Below, in pieces: positions 50,869 to 61,062 of a DNA stretch of 64,000 bases. A program made the translations under genes and the position numbers. Source of the stretch: Oscillospiraceae bacterium. Its GTDB lineage: Bacteria; Bacillota; Clostridia; Oscillospirales; Acutalibacteraceae. Under the pieces are notes generated by a model. That model ran no database searches. It had not been told where the DNA came from and saw nothing but the letters and a program-made list of their open reading frames with translations. Within the stretch, counting starts at the first letter, position 1. Each line of letters starts with the position of its first letter. The stretch is taken from the NCBI GenBank assembly GCA_022487055.1, contig JAKVJJ010000006.1, positions 3,688 to 67,687 on the forward strand. Reading direction: 5' to 3'.

Positions 50869-52269
50869 TTAGTTTTTTTCCTCACGCGCATTCATAGGGA
50901 CATACGGCCGGTGCGGCATGACGCTCTTGTAAGCCGGGCGGATAATCTTGCCAGTGTTAATGCGTTCCTCCAGCAGATGCGCGCTCCATCCGGCAATGCG
51001 CGCCATGGCGAATACCGGTGTGAAAAGCTCCACTGGCAGGCCAAGCATATGATAAACGAAGCCGGAATAGAAATCGATGTTGGCACTGACGCCTTTGTAG
51101 GTGCGGCGCTCCTGCCCAATGATTTTCGGTGCGAGCTGTTCCACCATGGAGTAAAGGCCGAATTCTTTCTGCTTGCCCTTTTCTTCTGAGAGACTTTTAA
51201 CGAAGGCACGAAAAATTACCGCACGCGGGTCACTGATGCTGTAGACCGCGTGCCCCATGCCGTAAATCAGGCCCTTATGGTCAAAAGCCTGCCCGTGCAA
51301 AAGCTTGCGCAGATAATCGGCAACTTCTTCTTCATCCTGCCAGTCTTTCACGTTCTGCGTCATATCCAGGAACATCTGCATGACTTTAATGTTTGCGCCG
51401 CCGTGTTTCGGGCCTTTCAGGGAGCTGAGCGCCGCCGCAATGACAGAATAAGAATCTGTGCCGGAAGAAGCGACAACGTGTGTGGTGAAGGTTGAGTTGT
51501 TGCCGCCGCCGTGTTCCGCATGCAGTACCAGCGCAAGGTCAAGAATGCGCGCCTCCAGCTCAGTGTATTTGTTGTCGATGCGCAGCATATACAGAATGTT
51601 TTCGGCGGTGGAGAGGTCACTGCGCGGTGTGTGAATGAAGAAAGGCTCGCTCGGGTCTGTGTCATGCACATACGCCTGATAACCATAAACCGCAAGCTGA
51701 GGGAACAGAGCAATCATTTCGATGCACTGCCGCAGGGTGTTTTCCAGACTGGTGTCATTTGCCTTTTCATCATAAGCATAGAGTGTCAACACGCTGCGTG
51801 CCAGGGTGTTCATCATGTCATGGCTCGGTGCTTTCATAATGATGTCACGGACAAAATTGGTTGGCAGGGTGCGGTACTTGTTCATCAGTCCGCGAAATTC
51901 CTCCAACTGGACCGCGGAGGGCAGGTCACCGAAAAGCAGCAGATAGGCGGTCTCCTCAAAGCCAAAACGCTTTTCCTTTAAGAAGCCGCGTGTCAGGTCG
52001 TTAATATTGATCCCGCGGTAGTACAGTTCACCGGGAATGGGGACCTTTTTGCCGCCAATTTCTTTTTTGGCCCGGACTTCGCTGATTTCAGACAGGCCGC
52101 ACAGGACGCCTTCGCCGTTTAGGTCACGCAGACCGCGTTTTACATCGTATTCTGTGTAAAGGGAAGGGTCAATGGTGCTTCGCTGCACACATAGCTGAGT
52201 CAGATTCTCAATCTCGGGGGTAACGGCAAAAAATTCGTCTTCATCTTGTTTCTTTACCAAATATCTCAC
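50869..52269 (-). CDS. gltA: Citrate synthase
   Basis: HAEHGGGNNST, GPKHGGA, GMGHAVY, NIDFYSG. Confidence 0.93.
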   Translation of the reverse strand: MRYLVKKQDEDEFFAVTPEIENLTQLCVQRSTIDPSLYTEYDVKRGLRDLNGEGVLCGLSEISEVRAKKEIGGKKVPIPGELYYRGININDLTRGFLKEKRFGFEETAYLLLFGDLPSAVQLEEFRGLMNKYRTLPTNFVRDIIMKAPSHDMMNTLARSVLTLYAYDEKANDTSLENTLRQCIEMIALFPQLAVYGYQAYVHDTDPSEPFFIHTPRSDLSTAENILYMLRIDNKYTELEARILDLALVLHAEHGGGNNSTFTTHVVASSGTDSYSVIAAALSSLKGPKHGGANIKVMQMFLDMTQNVKDWQDEEEVADYLRKLLHGQAFDHKGLIYGMGHAVYSISDPRAVIFRAFVKSLSEEKGKQKEFGLYSMVEQLAPKIIGQERRTYKGVSANIDFYSGFVYHMLGLPVELFTPVFAMARIAGWSAHLLEERINTGKIIRPAYKSVMPHRPYVPMNAREEKN

Positions 52270-52571
52270 TCACTTTCTTTTTTTGAGCAGCGCCGGCTTT
52301 TTGGGCAGTGCCGGGCGGTGCTTGTGCATCATTCCGCTTTTCTCTTGTAAAGGATTGATATAATCTTAACATGAATTCAAAATGGTGTCAATCTGACGCA
52401 AAATCAAAAATATGCTATGAATCAATTATGAACAATATATAAATTTGAACATACAGTTTGTGAAAATCAGAAGCTAAAAAGATGTGCACAGAGGTTAGAC
52501 ACAGCTTGTACTTTATAGAAAATCCTGTTATAATTATACGAATTAGAATCTGGATAAAGAGAGATGATTTC

Positions 52572-53462
52572 ATGGATTTTCGCTCTATTCACTGTCCCTA
52601 CTGCGGGTTGGAACTGCACGTTCCGCCTCATGTGGAGCAGGTGGTGTGTATGTACTGTGCGCGGCCGATTGACGTGAAGGAGCTGCTCTCTCCTTCGCCC
52701 GCTGAACCGGACGGCGGTTGTCACCTGCAGGACGCGCTTTCTTTGCTGAATCCGACGCTGTTTCGCTTTGAGCAGGAGCAGAAGCATTTTAACCGCACGG
52801 ATTATCAGGAAAGTTTCAGCGATTACAGTGCCCGGTTCCATCCTGCTTTGCAGGCACTGCACGGTGCCGCGCAGGAGGACTGCGTTGCTTTTGCGAATGC
52901 GCTGGTTTCCCGCATGGTGGATACACTGGAGGCAGACCGCGTCCGCAGTTCCCGCAGCAGTGCTTTTTTCAGCTATCGAATGATGCTGGCGGTTTATCTG
53001 ATTCCGGCCCTGCATGACAGCGAGGTCCCGGAAGCTGCCGCTGTGCTGGAAGCGTTCCTGAAATTATGGAATGAACGGTATCCTAAGGAACCGCTGAAGA
53101 CCGTGGGATATGACACAATCAATGACGGATGGAAGAAAAAGGGCTGTTATATCACTTCGGCGGCGACCCGCACGCTTGGCCTGCCGGATGACTGTGCGGA
53201 ACTGCAGACACTTCGGAATTTTCGTGATAACTGGCTTCTTCGGCAGCCGTATGGGCCGCTGATGGTGCAGGAATATTATATTTTTGCTCCATCCATTGCG
53301 GAAACGATTGATGCACAGCCAAATGCTGCCAGTATTTACGCAAAACTCTGGCAAGAGGATATTCTGCCCTGTATGCAAGAAGTATGCACAGGGGAAAACC
53401 ATTCCTGCTTTCAGCGGTATGCCAGTATGATGCTTCGGCTGGAAACGCAGTATCTTGCCTGA
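52572..53462 (+). CDS. Zn-ribbon protein with C-terminal CFI-box-like domain
   Basis: CPYC/CMYC at N-terminus; GCYITSA...LRNFRD at C-terminus. Confidence 0.75.
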   Translation: MDFRSIHCPYCGLELHVPPHVEQVVCMYCARPIDVKELLSPSPAEPDGGCHLQDALSLLNPTLFRFEQEQKHFNRTDYQESFSDYSARFHPALQALHGAAQEDCVAFANALVSRMVDTLEADRVRSSRSSAFFSYRMMLAVYLIPALHDSEVPEAAAVLEAFLKLWNERYPKEPLKTVGYDTINDGWKKKGCYITSAATRTLGLPDDCAELQTLRNFRDNWLLRQPYGPLMVQEYYIFAPSIAETIDAQPNAASIYAKLWQEDILPCMQEVCTGENHSCFQRYASMMLRLETQYLA

Positions 53463-53501
53463 CTTTTGCCTGCTTCGGCTTTTTATTAAAGGAGATTTCA
53501 G

Positions 53502-54095
53502 ATGGATAACGAACGCCTGAATCAACAGCTCGCCTTTTCCATGGAATGTGATAAGATGAAAAGCATCTACCGCAAGACACTGCTTGCCAACCGCAGCCGG
53601 CATGAAACCGATGCGGAACATAGTTGGCACATTGCGCTGATGGCAATGCTTCTGAAAGAATATGCACCTGCTGAAGCAGACTGTGACCACACCATCCGGC
53701 TATGTCTGGTGCATGATTTGGTAGAAATTTATGCCGGTGATACGTTTGCTTATGATGCAGAGGGCTATCAAGACAAGGCTGAGCGGGAAACCAATGCGGC
53801 TGACCGGCTTTTTGCTATCCTGCCGGCGGACCAGTGCAAAGGATTCCGAGCAATGTGGGATGAATTTGAGGCCTGCAAAACACCGGATGCGGTCTTTGCC
53901 AACTGCTGCGACCGTTTGCAGCCGGTGCTGAATAATATGGCAACGAGCGGACACACCTGGCGGCACCATCATGTTCACCGTGCGCAGGTGGAAAAACGTC
54001 TGCTGCCGATTCGGGATGCCATGCCGGCTCTTTGGCCGCTGTGTACTTCAATGCTGGACGAGGCAGTTCAATCCGACTGGCTGGTGGAAAACTGA
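53502..54095 (+). CDS. HD-domain hydrolase
   Basis: ETDAEHSWH, VHDLVEIYAGD, DRLQP. Confidence 0.92.
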   Translation: MDNERLNQQLAFSMECDKMKSIYRKTLLANRSRHETDAEHSWHIALMAMLLKEYAPAEADCDHTIRLCLVHDLVEIYAGDTFAYDAEGYQDKAERETNAADRLFAILPADQCKGFRAMWDEFEACKTPDAVFANCCDRLQPVLNNMATSGHTWRHHHVHRAQVEKRLLPIRDAMPALWPLCTSMLDEAVQSDWLVEN

Positions 54096-54179
54096 AAAAG
54101 CGCTGACATACAGTAATTCTGTACGTTCAGCGCTTTTTTATGAAAGGCTATGTTTTAATAGAAGAAAACTGCAAACATA

Positions 54180-55019
54180 TTATATGTGTTGATTGTGCAG
54201 TTTCTCTTTAACTAAATCTTCGTGATAAAAATAATTAATGTATTTTATGCAATTTTTCTTGCAATAATTTTGTATTTCGATAGATAAATCTATCCAGTAC
54301 TTTTTTTCACCTTTCATATATATTTTTTCATATTCACTATATAAGTTTGGATAGCTCACGTTGATATAATCTAATATTGTTTGTTTATATTCCCCTCTTA
54401 GATTTAAATTTTCAAACCAATATTCATCAACATAAGTGTGAGTTTTTTCTATAATACTTTTAAAATCCGTAATGTATGGAAAGATTGGTGACATAAATAA
54501 TACGGTATAAATTCCCTGATTGTGCAATTCTTGTAATGTGTAAAGCCTGTCGTTAATGCTACTTGCATGATCCATATCATTTTTGAAATTCTCATCTAAT
54601 GTATTGATCGATATAGATACTTTTAAATCTTTGCATTTTTTCAACAAATCAATATCTCTTAGAATAAGTTTGGATTTTGTAGAAATTCCAATGGAACACT
54701 CGATATCCACTAACTGTTCTAATATTTTTCTTGTAACTTGATATTTTTCTTCAAAATAATTATAGCAGTCTGTCACAGAAGAAAGAAAGACAGATTTGTT
54801 TTGTAACTTTTTCAAACTTATAGGCTTATCACATTGTTTGACATCAACAAATGTTCCCCATTTTTCCATATGCCCTGTAAATCGTTTCATAAAACAAGCA
54901 TAGCAGTATTTACAAGCATGTGGACACCCAATATAAGGATTTATGACATAATCGCTTGCAGGCAAATTCGATTTTGTTAGATAGTCCTTAACTTGCACAA
55001 CCTTTTCTTTTATTACCAT
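54180..55019 (-). CDS. Radical SAM protein (SPL-like, mobile-pair protein B type)
   Basis: NPYIGCPHACKYCYA; SSVTD; very AT-rich. Confidence 0.85.
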   Translation of the reverse strand: MVIKEKVVQVKDYLTKSNLPASDYVINPYIGCPHACKYCYACFMKRFTGHMEKWGTFVDVKQCDKPISLKKLQNKSVFLSSVTDCYNYFEEKYQVTRKILEQLVDIECSIGISTKSKLILRDIDLLKKCKDLKVSISINTLDENFKNDMDHASSINDRLYTLQELHNQGIYTVLFMSPIFPYITDFKSIIEKTHTYVDEYWFENLNLRGEYKQTILDYINVSYPNLYSEYEKIYMKGEKKYWIDLSIEIQNYCKKNCIKYINYFYHEDLVKEKLHNQHI

Positions 55020-55203
55020 TTCTCCTCCTGCCATATTCATATTGATTTTATACATCAAATACAAATAATGTTTCCCTCTTGTTAATTATGTTGAATAGGA
55101 TATTCTCAACATTGATTTAAAACATAGCCTTATTAAAAAAAAACAGCAGGCAAGTGCTGTTTTACAAGCATTTGTCTGCTGCCAAAAGAAATCCGGCTGA
55201 GTC

Positions 55204-56178
55204 TTACTTGGATGCAGCCGTAATAATTGCCATTTTATAGACTTCCTCCGCATTGCAGCCGCGGGAAAGGTCATTGATTGGTGCATTCAATCCGGCAAGG
55301 ATAGGCCCAATCGCCTCAAAGCCACCCAGACGCTGTGCAACTTTGTAGCCGATGTTGCCCGCATTAATGTCCGGGAAGATGAACGTGTTTGCTTTGCCAG
55401 CCACTGCGGAACCCGGTGCCTTCAGGGAAGCAACCTTCGGGGAAACAGCAGCGTCAAACTGGAATTCGCCGTCCACCGGATAGTCCGGCTTCAGTGCCTG
55501 CAGTTTCTTGGTGGCATTGCACATTTTGTCCACGCTGTCGCCCTTGCCGGAGCCCTTGGTGCTGTAAGACAGGAACGCCACTTTCGGCTCGATACCAAAG
55601 GTGCGTGCGGTTTCAGCCGTGCCCTGTGCGATTTCCACAAGCTGGTCTTCATCTGGCTCGATGTTGATGGCACAGTCGCCCATCGTGTACATTTCCTCTC
55701 CGCCTTTTCCATCTGGACGGTGAATCAGGAAGCAACTGCTTACAATCTTGTGGCCGGGCTTGCATTTCACAAGCTGCAGGGCCGGACGCACCGTGTCAGC
55801 AGTGGAGTAGGTCGCGCCGCCGAGCAGTGCATCCGCATAGCCCATCTTCACATACATGGTGCCGAAGTAGTTGGACTTTTTCATGCTGGCGCGGCAGGCA
55901 GCCTCGTCCATCTTGCCGTGGCGCAGTTCCACCATCAGCGCGACCATCTTTTCAAAGTCCGGGAATGTGTTGATGTCCACAATCTCGATGCCATTGATGT
56001 CCTGTCCGGCCTTTTTGGCGGCGGCTTTTACATCGGCCTCAACACCGACCAGCACGGGGGTGAGAAAACCCTCTTTTTTCAGGCGTGCAGCAGCCTCAAG
56101 AATACGCGCGTCGGTTCCTTCCGGGAAAACAATTCTGCGCGGGTTTTTGCGGAGAATCTCAATCATATTTTCTAACAT
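55204..56178 (-). CDS. pta: Phosphate acetyltransferase
   Basis: IVFPEG, DCAIN, LSYSTKGS, DGEFQFDAA, GNIGYK. Confidence 0.95.
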   Translation of the reverse strand: MLENMIEILRKNPRRIVFPEGTDARILEAAARLKKEGFLTPVLVGVEADVKAAAKKAGQDINGIEIVDINTFPDFEKMVALMVELRHGKMDEAACRASMKKSNYFGTMYVKMGYADALLGGATYSTADTVRPALQLVKCKPGHKIVSSCFLIHRPDGKGGEEMYTMGDCAINIEPDEDQLVEIAQGTAETARTFGIEPKVAFLSYSTKGSGKGDSVDKMCNATKKLQALKPDYPVDGEFQFDAAVSPKVASLKAPGSAVAGKANTFIFPDINAGNIGYKVAQRLGGFEAIGPILAGLNAPINDLSRGCNAEEVYKMAIITAASK

Positions 56179-56403
56179 TGATGATACATCCTTCCATATG
56201 TAAGATAATTCAGCCGAAAGCATTGGACATGATTACTTGCTTATTATACACCCTGCTGAGGACAAATGAAACCACTTTTGGATGGCTTTCTGTCGAAAAA
56301 CTGTTTTCAGACAGAGAGCAAATTAAAAAAATGCGAAAAAATACTTGACATTTCCGGGCTCAGTATGGTAATATTATTCTTGCACTTTGGTGCTTGTCCT
56401 TGT

Positions 56404-56492
56404 GGAGAGGTGTCCGAGTGGTTTATGGAGCTGGTCTTGAAAACCAGTGATCCCGCAAGGGACCAAGAGTTCGAATCTCTTCCTCTCCGCCA
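56404..56492 (+). tRNA. tRNA-Ser(TGA)
   Basis: Long variable arm; anticodon loop CTTGAAA; CCA end. Confidence 0.96.
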
Positions 56493-56540
56493 CTGAAGAT
56501 AACATTATTTTTTAATATGTTCTATCATATTTTCACCCAT

Positions 56541-56630
56541 GGAGAAATACCCAAGTGGTGAAGGGGCTCCCCTGCTAAGGGAGTAGGTCGGGAAACTGGC
56601 GCGTGGGTTCAAATCCCACTTTCTCCGCCA
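56541..56630 (+). tRNA. tRNA-Ser(GCT)
   Basis: Long variable arm; anticodon loop CTGCTAA; CCA end. Confidence 0.96.
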
Positions 56631-56799
56631 AGCACATGAAAACCGCACGGTTAAGCCATTTTTGGCTTGCTGCGCGGTTTTCTTTTTGTCGTCATAAGAC
56701 TTGCTGAATTTTGAAAAGATAATTTCTATTGCTACCGATAAAACGCAAAAGTGCTCCCGCCAGGTGACCGCATAGGCATCCATTGGTGTATCTCCAGGA

Positions 56800-57162
56800 T
56801 TACTTCATTTGGTCTTTGTCCTTGTCTGACGTTACTACGGTTGTGCAGTCGTCGGCAGTATTATGCGGCTCATCTGCTACAGGGTTGCCTAAGACACCGG
56901 GTGCGGTGTAGCTAAGTGCGCGGGTGCTGTCACAGAATCCCTTCGTGGTGGGGTCGGTGAGTGCAGTCCAGACGGATGCAATGATTGCAACTACAATGAC
57001 CGGATTATTGACGGCCCGCAGCAGAGCGTCGCCCAGTGTCTGCCAGCTTGTCATATCCGACCACTGCAGGCCAAGTCCAACGAGGACGGGGGATATGACG
57101 GCTACCACAATCTGTGTCCAGAACAGCGGATTGTGCGCACGAACTTTAAAATTGATTTTCAT
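56800..57162 (-). CDS. Phage holin (phiLC3-like), orphan
   Basis: MKINFKVR..NPLFW; DPTTKG..DS.RAL.Y..P; AAGGAGG RBS. Confidence 0.88.
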   Translation of the reverse strand: MKINFKVRAHNPLFWTQIVVAVISPVLVGLGLQWSDMTSWQTLGDALLRAVNNPVIVVAIIASVWTALTDPTTKGFCDSTRALSYTAPGVLGNPVADEPHNTADDCTTVVTSDKDKDQMK

Positions 57163-57285
57163 TATGTAATCCCTCCTTAAGAACAATGTATATGCGCGAG
57201 TAGAAATTCTACAACTTTGGGCTCTCCATCCCTGGCATCACGCACCGGCTGCCCTGCAAAAGACGGAGCAATAACATTCTTTGAC

Positions 57286-57507
57286 TTGTTTTGGATAAGC
57301 TTATGTGTTAGAATATACTTTAAACACCGGAATAACTGATTATTTACACAAAATCCGAATCACAATTAGCGACCACTCGTTTATTCTGAATGATTGATTG
57401 AAACCATAAAACGATATAGAATATATTGTACTTAAATTAAATTTCGTAAGCGTTCACGTAAGCCAACGCACTGTCTAGCCTATTTGGTTGGAGAGTGCGT
57501 TTTTTTG
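57286..57507 (+). promoter_or_regulatory. Promoter and long leader with attenuator-type terminator
   Basis: TTGTTT-17-TAGAAT; stem AACGCAC..CTAGCC/GGTTGG..GTGCGTT-TTTTT upstream of the RBS. Confidence 0.5.
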
Positions 57508-57549
57508 CGTCTCTCCACCAGAAATGAATTTGAAGGAGAGATATAAACT

Positions 57550-58209
57550 ATGGAAACGAAAAAAGCTTTCACAACGGACAGATTGGAAAAGTATCAGACT
57601 TACATTGAGAGCCTATACGGTGCAAAAAGCTCTATGAGCAAAGAAGACTTTGTAAGTAAAACAAGTTGGAAAGATTTTGTGCCGGTTGTGGATGATGATG
57701 CTGCACGTTTTCTGCAATTTGTATTGCAGATGAAAAAGCCAAAGAAAATTCTTGAAATCGGAATGAGTATAGGATTTTCGACAACGTCTATGGCGCTTAC
57801 TGCGCAGGAGTATGGCGGAAAAATCACGACAATCGAATTTGACCGGACTGCTTGCAAACAGGCGAGGAGCAATTTTGTGCGCTCGGGTGTGGACGATGTC
57901 ATACAAATCATGTTTGGCGATGCGAGGCAGGTTGTTCCCGACTTTTCAAGCGGTTCTTTTGATTTCATTTTTCAGGACGCAGATAAACGGCTTTACCCAG
58001 GTTTGCTGAAAGATTGTATCCGGATTTTGAAACCGGGCGGTGTTTTTATTGCGGACGACACGTTGTTCCCAGTCATGGACCTTGATGATAGATGGAATGA
58101 CCAAATAGAATCTATACGCATCTTTAACCGCCTTGTCGCTGATTCATCGGAACTGGACAGTACTCTGCTGCCCATTGGAGACGGCATGATTGTGGCTATC
58201 AAGAAGTGA
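57550..58209 (+). CDS. O-methyltransferase
   Basis: ILEIGMSIGFS; FDFIFQDADK; LPIGDG. Confidence 0.9.
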   Translation: METKKAFTTDRLEKYQTYIESLYGAKSSMSKEDFVSKTSWKDFVPVVDDDAARFLQFVLQMKKPKKILEIGMSIGFSTTSMALTAQEYGGKITTIEFDRTACKQARSNFVRSGVDDVIQIMFGDARQVVPDFSSGSFDFIFQDADKRLYPGLLKDCIRILKPGGVFIADDTLFPVMDLDDRWNDQIESIRIFNRLVADSSELDSTLLPIGDGMIVAIKK

Positions 58210-58573
58210 TCTGTGATTGGATTCATGCGGAATAGGAGCATTGCACGAAACTGAACAGACCGAAAATAATGGAAAGATGTATAACAGAAATTGGCGGTTG
58301 CAGTTTCCTTTTTGTTACGCTAAAATAGGGGCAGAAAGGAGGAAAATGCACAATAAATGTTTTACTTCACTCAGGATTATGTTCAAATGCAAAGAAGAAG
58401 AGCGTGTTCCATTGGTATGTGGAATTTTATGTTTGCCGAACAGGTGAACCGGTGGAAAATTGTTTCACCGTAAACGCAAATACAGCTTTGACCGGGCTGC
58501 CCTTTTTTACAAGGGCAGCTTTTTCATGCCCATTTTTCCGATGACACCACCGGCAGACGTATAAAATGGAAAC

Positions 58574-58612
58574 TTAATTACAATCTAAAGTATGTTTAAC
58601 TTAGATTTTACA
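58574..58612 (+). promoter_or_regulatory. Pho box-like 11-bp-period repeats
   Basis: TTAATT, CTAAAG, TTAACT and TTTACA at 58574, 58585, 58596 and 58607, upstream of pstS. Confidence 0.55.
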
Positions 58613-58684
58613 TTGGTTCGATAGAATAGGAACTGTTCACACAGAATGAATTTGTGAGAAACACAGCAAAGGGGATTTCAGAGA

Positions 58685-59593
58685 ATGAAAAAACTTGTAA
58701 GTGCGGTTCTGGCTGTAACAGTTGTCTGTTCTGCGGCTTTGTTTTCCGGTTGCGGCGGTTCACAGGTGCTGGATGCGTCCTCCGTGCAGTCGGAAGCTTC
58801 CGGCACGGGTACTGCTTCGGCTTCCAGTGCGGCGGAAATTTCGGGCAACCTGACACTGAACGGTTCCACCTCCATGGCGGAAGTCTGTCAGGCATTGGGA
58901 GAAGCGTTCACCAAGAAATATCCAAATGTGAAGGTGGATAAAAGCGGCAATGGTTCCGGCGATGCGCCAAAGGCTGTGGAAGCTGGCACCGCACGCATCG
59001 GTGACTTGTCCCGCACGCTTAAAGATGAGGAAAAACCGGCCGATTTTGATGTGAAGACGGTTGCGATTGACGGAATTGCCATTGCGGTGAGCAAAGACAG
59101 CAAAGTGAAGGCATTGACCAGCGAGCAGGTGACAAAGATTTTCACCGGTGAAATTAAAAACTGGAAAGAAGTCGGCGGCAGTGACGCTGCCATTAATGTC
59201 ATTGGGCGTGAGTCTGCTTCCGGCACGCGCGATGGTTTTGAATCTATCTTTAAGTGCAAGGAAAAGTGCAAGTATGCTTCTGAACTGACCAGCACAGGTG
59301 CTGTGAAGGCAAAGGTTTCCAGTGACAAGAACGCCGTCGGCTATATTTCCCTTGGTAATGTGGATGATTCCGTCACGGCAGTAAAGATTGACAATGTGGA
59401 TGCAACGGAGGAAAACATTATCAACGGCACTTACAAAGCGCACCGCCCGTTTATTGAAATCTGCAAAAAGGGCAGTGAAGACGATATGGTGAATGCTTGG
59501 TTCCAGTTTATATATTCCGCAGAGGGGCAGAAAGTTATCCGGGACTGCAAACTTATCCCGACCGATGAAAGCGGAAAAGGCCTTTCAAAATAA
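58685..59593 (+). CDS. pstS: Phosphate ABC transporter substrate-binding protein
   Basis: Lipobox FSGC; GSTSM; RESASGTR. Confidence 0.95.
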   Translation: MKKLVSAVLAVTVVCSAALFSGCGGSQVLDASSVQSEASGTGTASASSAAEISGNLTLNGSTSMAEVCQALGEAFTKKYPNVKVDKSGNGSGDAPKAVEAGTARIGDLSRTLKDEEKPADFDVKTVAIDGIAIAVSKDSKVKALTSEQVTKIFTGEIKNWKEVGGSDAAINVIGRESASGTRDGFESIFKCKEKCKYASELTSTGAVKAKVSSDKNAVGYISLGNVDDSVTAVKIDNVDATEENIINGTYKAHRPFIEICKKGSEDDMVNAWFQFIYSAEGQKVIRDCKLIPTDESGKGLSK

Positions 59594-59700
59594 AGCAGCA
59601 AGCATGAAAACAGCGGCTGAAAAAGTCTGCTGAAAGCGCCGGTGCAGCAGAAAAACTGAGCCGGTGCCTTTTGGCGTTTTAATTGAGGTGTTGCATCCAT

Positions 59701-61062
59701 ATGGAAAATCGAATGACCGACGAGCAGCGTGACCGGCGCAGAGAAAAGACGCAGCTAATCGTGCGGATAACTGCGGCCGTGCTGGGGATGGTGTCTGCTG
59801 CATCGTTTTTTCTTCCGTACCTTACGTTCATTTTTCGCAAGCAGGTTTACACAGTCAGTGCCCTGCAGCTTCTGACTGTGCGGGGCTTCCGTGTGAGAGG
59901 CCCGCAGATGGAGGGCATCGTCACCATTCCGGTGCTGGCACGTGCGTCAGTAGTGGTTGGCTTGGCGCTGGCAGTGGCCGGTGTGGTGCTGATCTTGCTG
60001 AAAAGAGCAGTGCCGGCCGGTGCCTGCTTCATCCTTTCCGCACTTACGCCACTGCTCGTGCTGATTTCCACCGGCGAAATTCAGTCCGCCGTGACACAGC
60101 TCAATGTTGTGCAGATGTCTGTGCGGTATCTGACACCCTTCTTTTTGGTACTGGCGCTTGGGGTGTTTTGTGCGGTGCTGTCCCTGTGGACAATGGGCTC
60201 CGAGCGGCTGGCACAGTCCATTTTTCTGGTCTGTGCGTGCGGCTCCATTGGCTCCGTGCTGATTATCACGATTTATGTGATTGTTTCAGGCGCTCCGGCT
60301 ATCGGCAAAATTGGTCTGCTGCCGTTTCTGTTCGGCACAAAGTGGGCGGCGGGCAGTGGTCAGTTTGGCATTCTGCCGATGATTCTTTCCTCCATTGCAG
60401 CAACGGTGGGCGCGGTTCTGCTGGGAGTGCCGGTGGGTATCTTCACGGCGGTGTTCCTTTCCGAAACGGCACAGCCGGCGGTGGCAAAGGCCGTGCATCC
60501 GGCGGTGGAACTTCTGGCGGGCATTCCCTCTGTGATTTACGGCTTTTTCGGGATGCTGGTGGTTGTGCCATTCATCAAGCGCTGCGGAGAAATCTTTCAC
60601 TGGAACACGCAGGGGGACAGCTTGCTTGCGGCAATCCTGATTCTGGCGGTGATGGTGCTGCCGACTATTGTGAGCGTATCTGAAACCGCGCTGCGTGCTG
60701 TGCCGGATGCTTACCGGGAGGCGAGCATGGCACTGGGAGCAACACCGGTGCGCACAATCTTTAAGGTGACGCTGCCGGCTGCACGTTCCGGTGTGCTTTC
60801 CGGAGTCATCCTCGGTGTCGGCCGTGCTGTGGGGGAAACCATGGCGGTCATCATGGTGGCGGGCAATGTGGCGAATATGCCGAGGCTGCTGGGCAGTGTG
60901 CGCTTCCTGACAACGGGCATTGCGTTGGAGTTGTCCTATTCCTCCGGCCTGCATCGTCAGGCACTGTTTGCCATTGGGCTGGTGCTTTTCGTATTTATTA
61001 TGATTGTGGATGTACTGTTCACCTATATTTCCAGGAAAGGGGTGAAGATGGATGCTGAATGA
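59701..61062 (+). CDS. pstC: Phosphate ABC permease PstC with N-terminal TM extension
   Basis: ELLAGIPSVIYG; GRAVGETMA. Confidence 0.93.
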   Translation: MENRMTDEQRDRRREKTQLIVRITAAVLGMVSAASFFLPYLTFIFRKQVYTVSALQLLTVRGFRVRGPQMEGIVTIPVLARASVVVGLALAVAGVVLILLKRAVPAGACFILSALTPLLVLISTGEIQSAVTQLNVVQMSVRYLTPFFLVLALGVFCAVLSLWTMGSERLAQSIFLVCACGSIGSVLIITIYVIVSGAPAIGKIGLLPFLFGTKWAAGSGQFGILPMILSSIAATVGAVLLGVPVGIFTAVFLSETAQPAVAKAVHPAVELLAGIPSVIYGFFGMLVVVPFIKRCGEIFHWNTQGDSLLAAILILAVMVLPTIVSVSETALRAVPDAYREASMALGATPVRTIFKVTLPAARSGVLSGVILGVGRAVGETMAVIMVAGNVANMPRLLGSVRFLTTGIALELSYSSGLHRQALFAIGLVLFVFIMIVDVLFTYISRKGVKMDAE

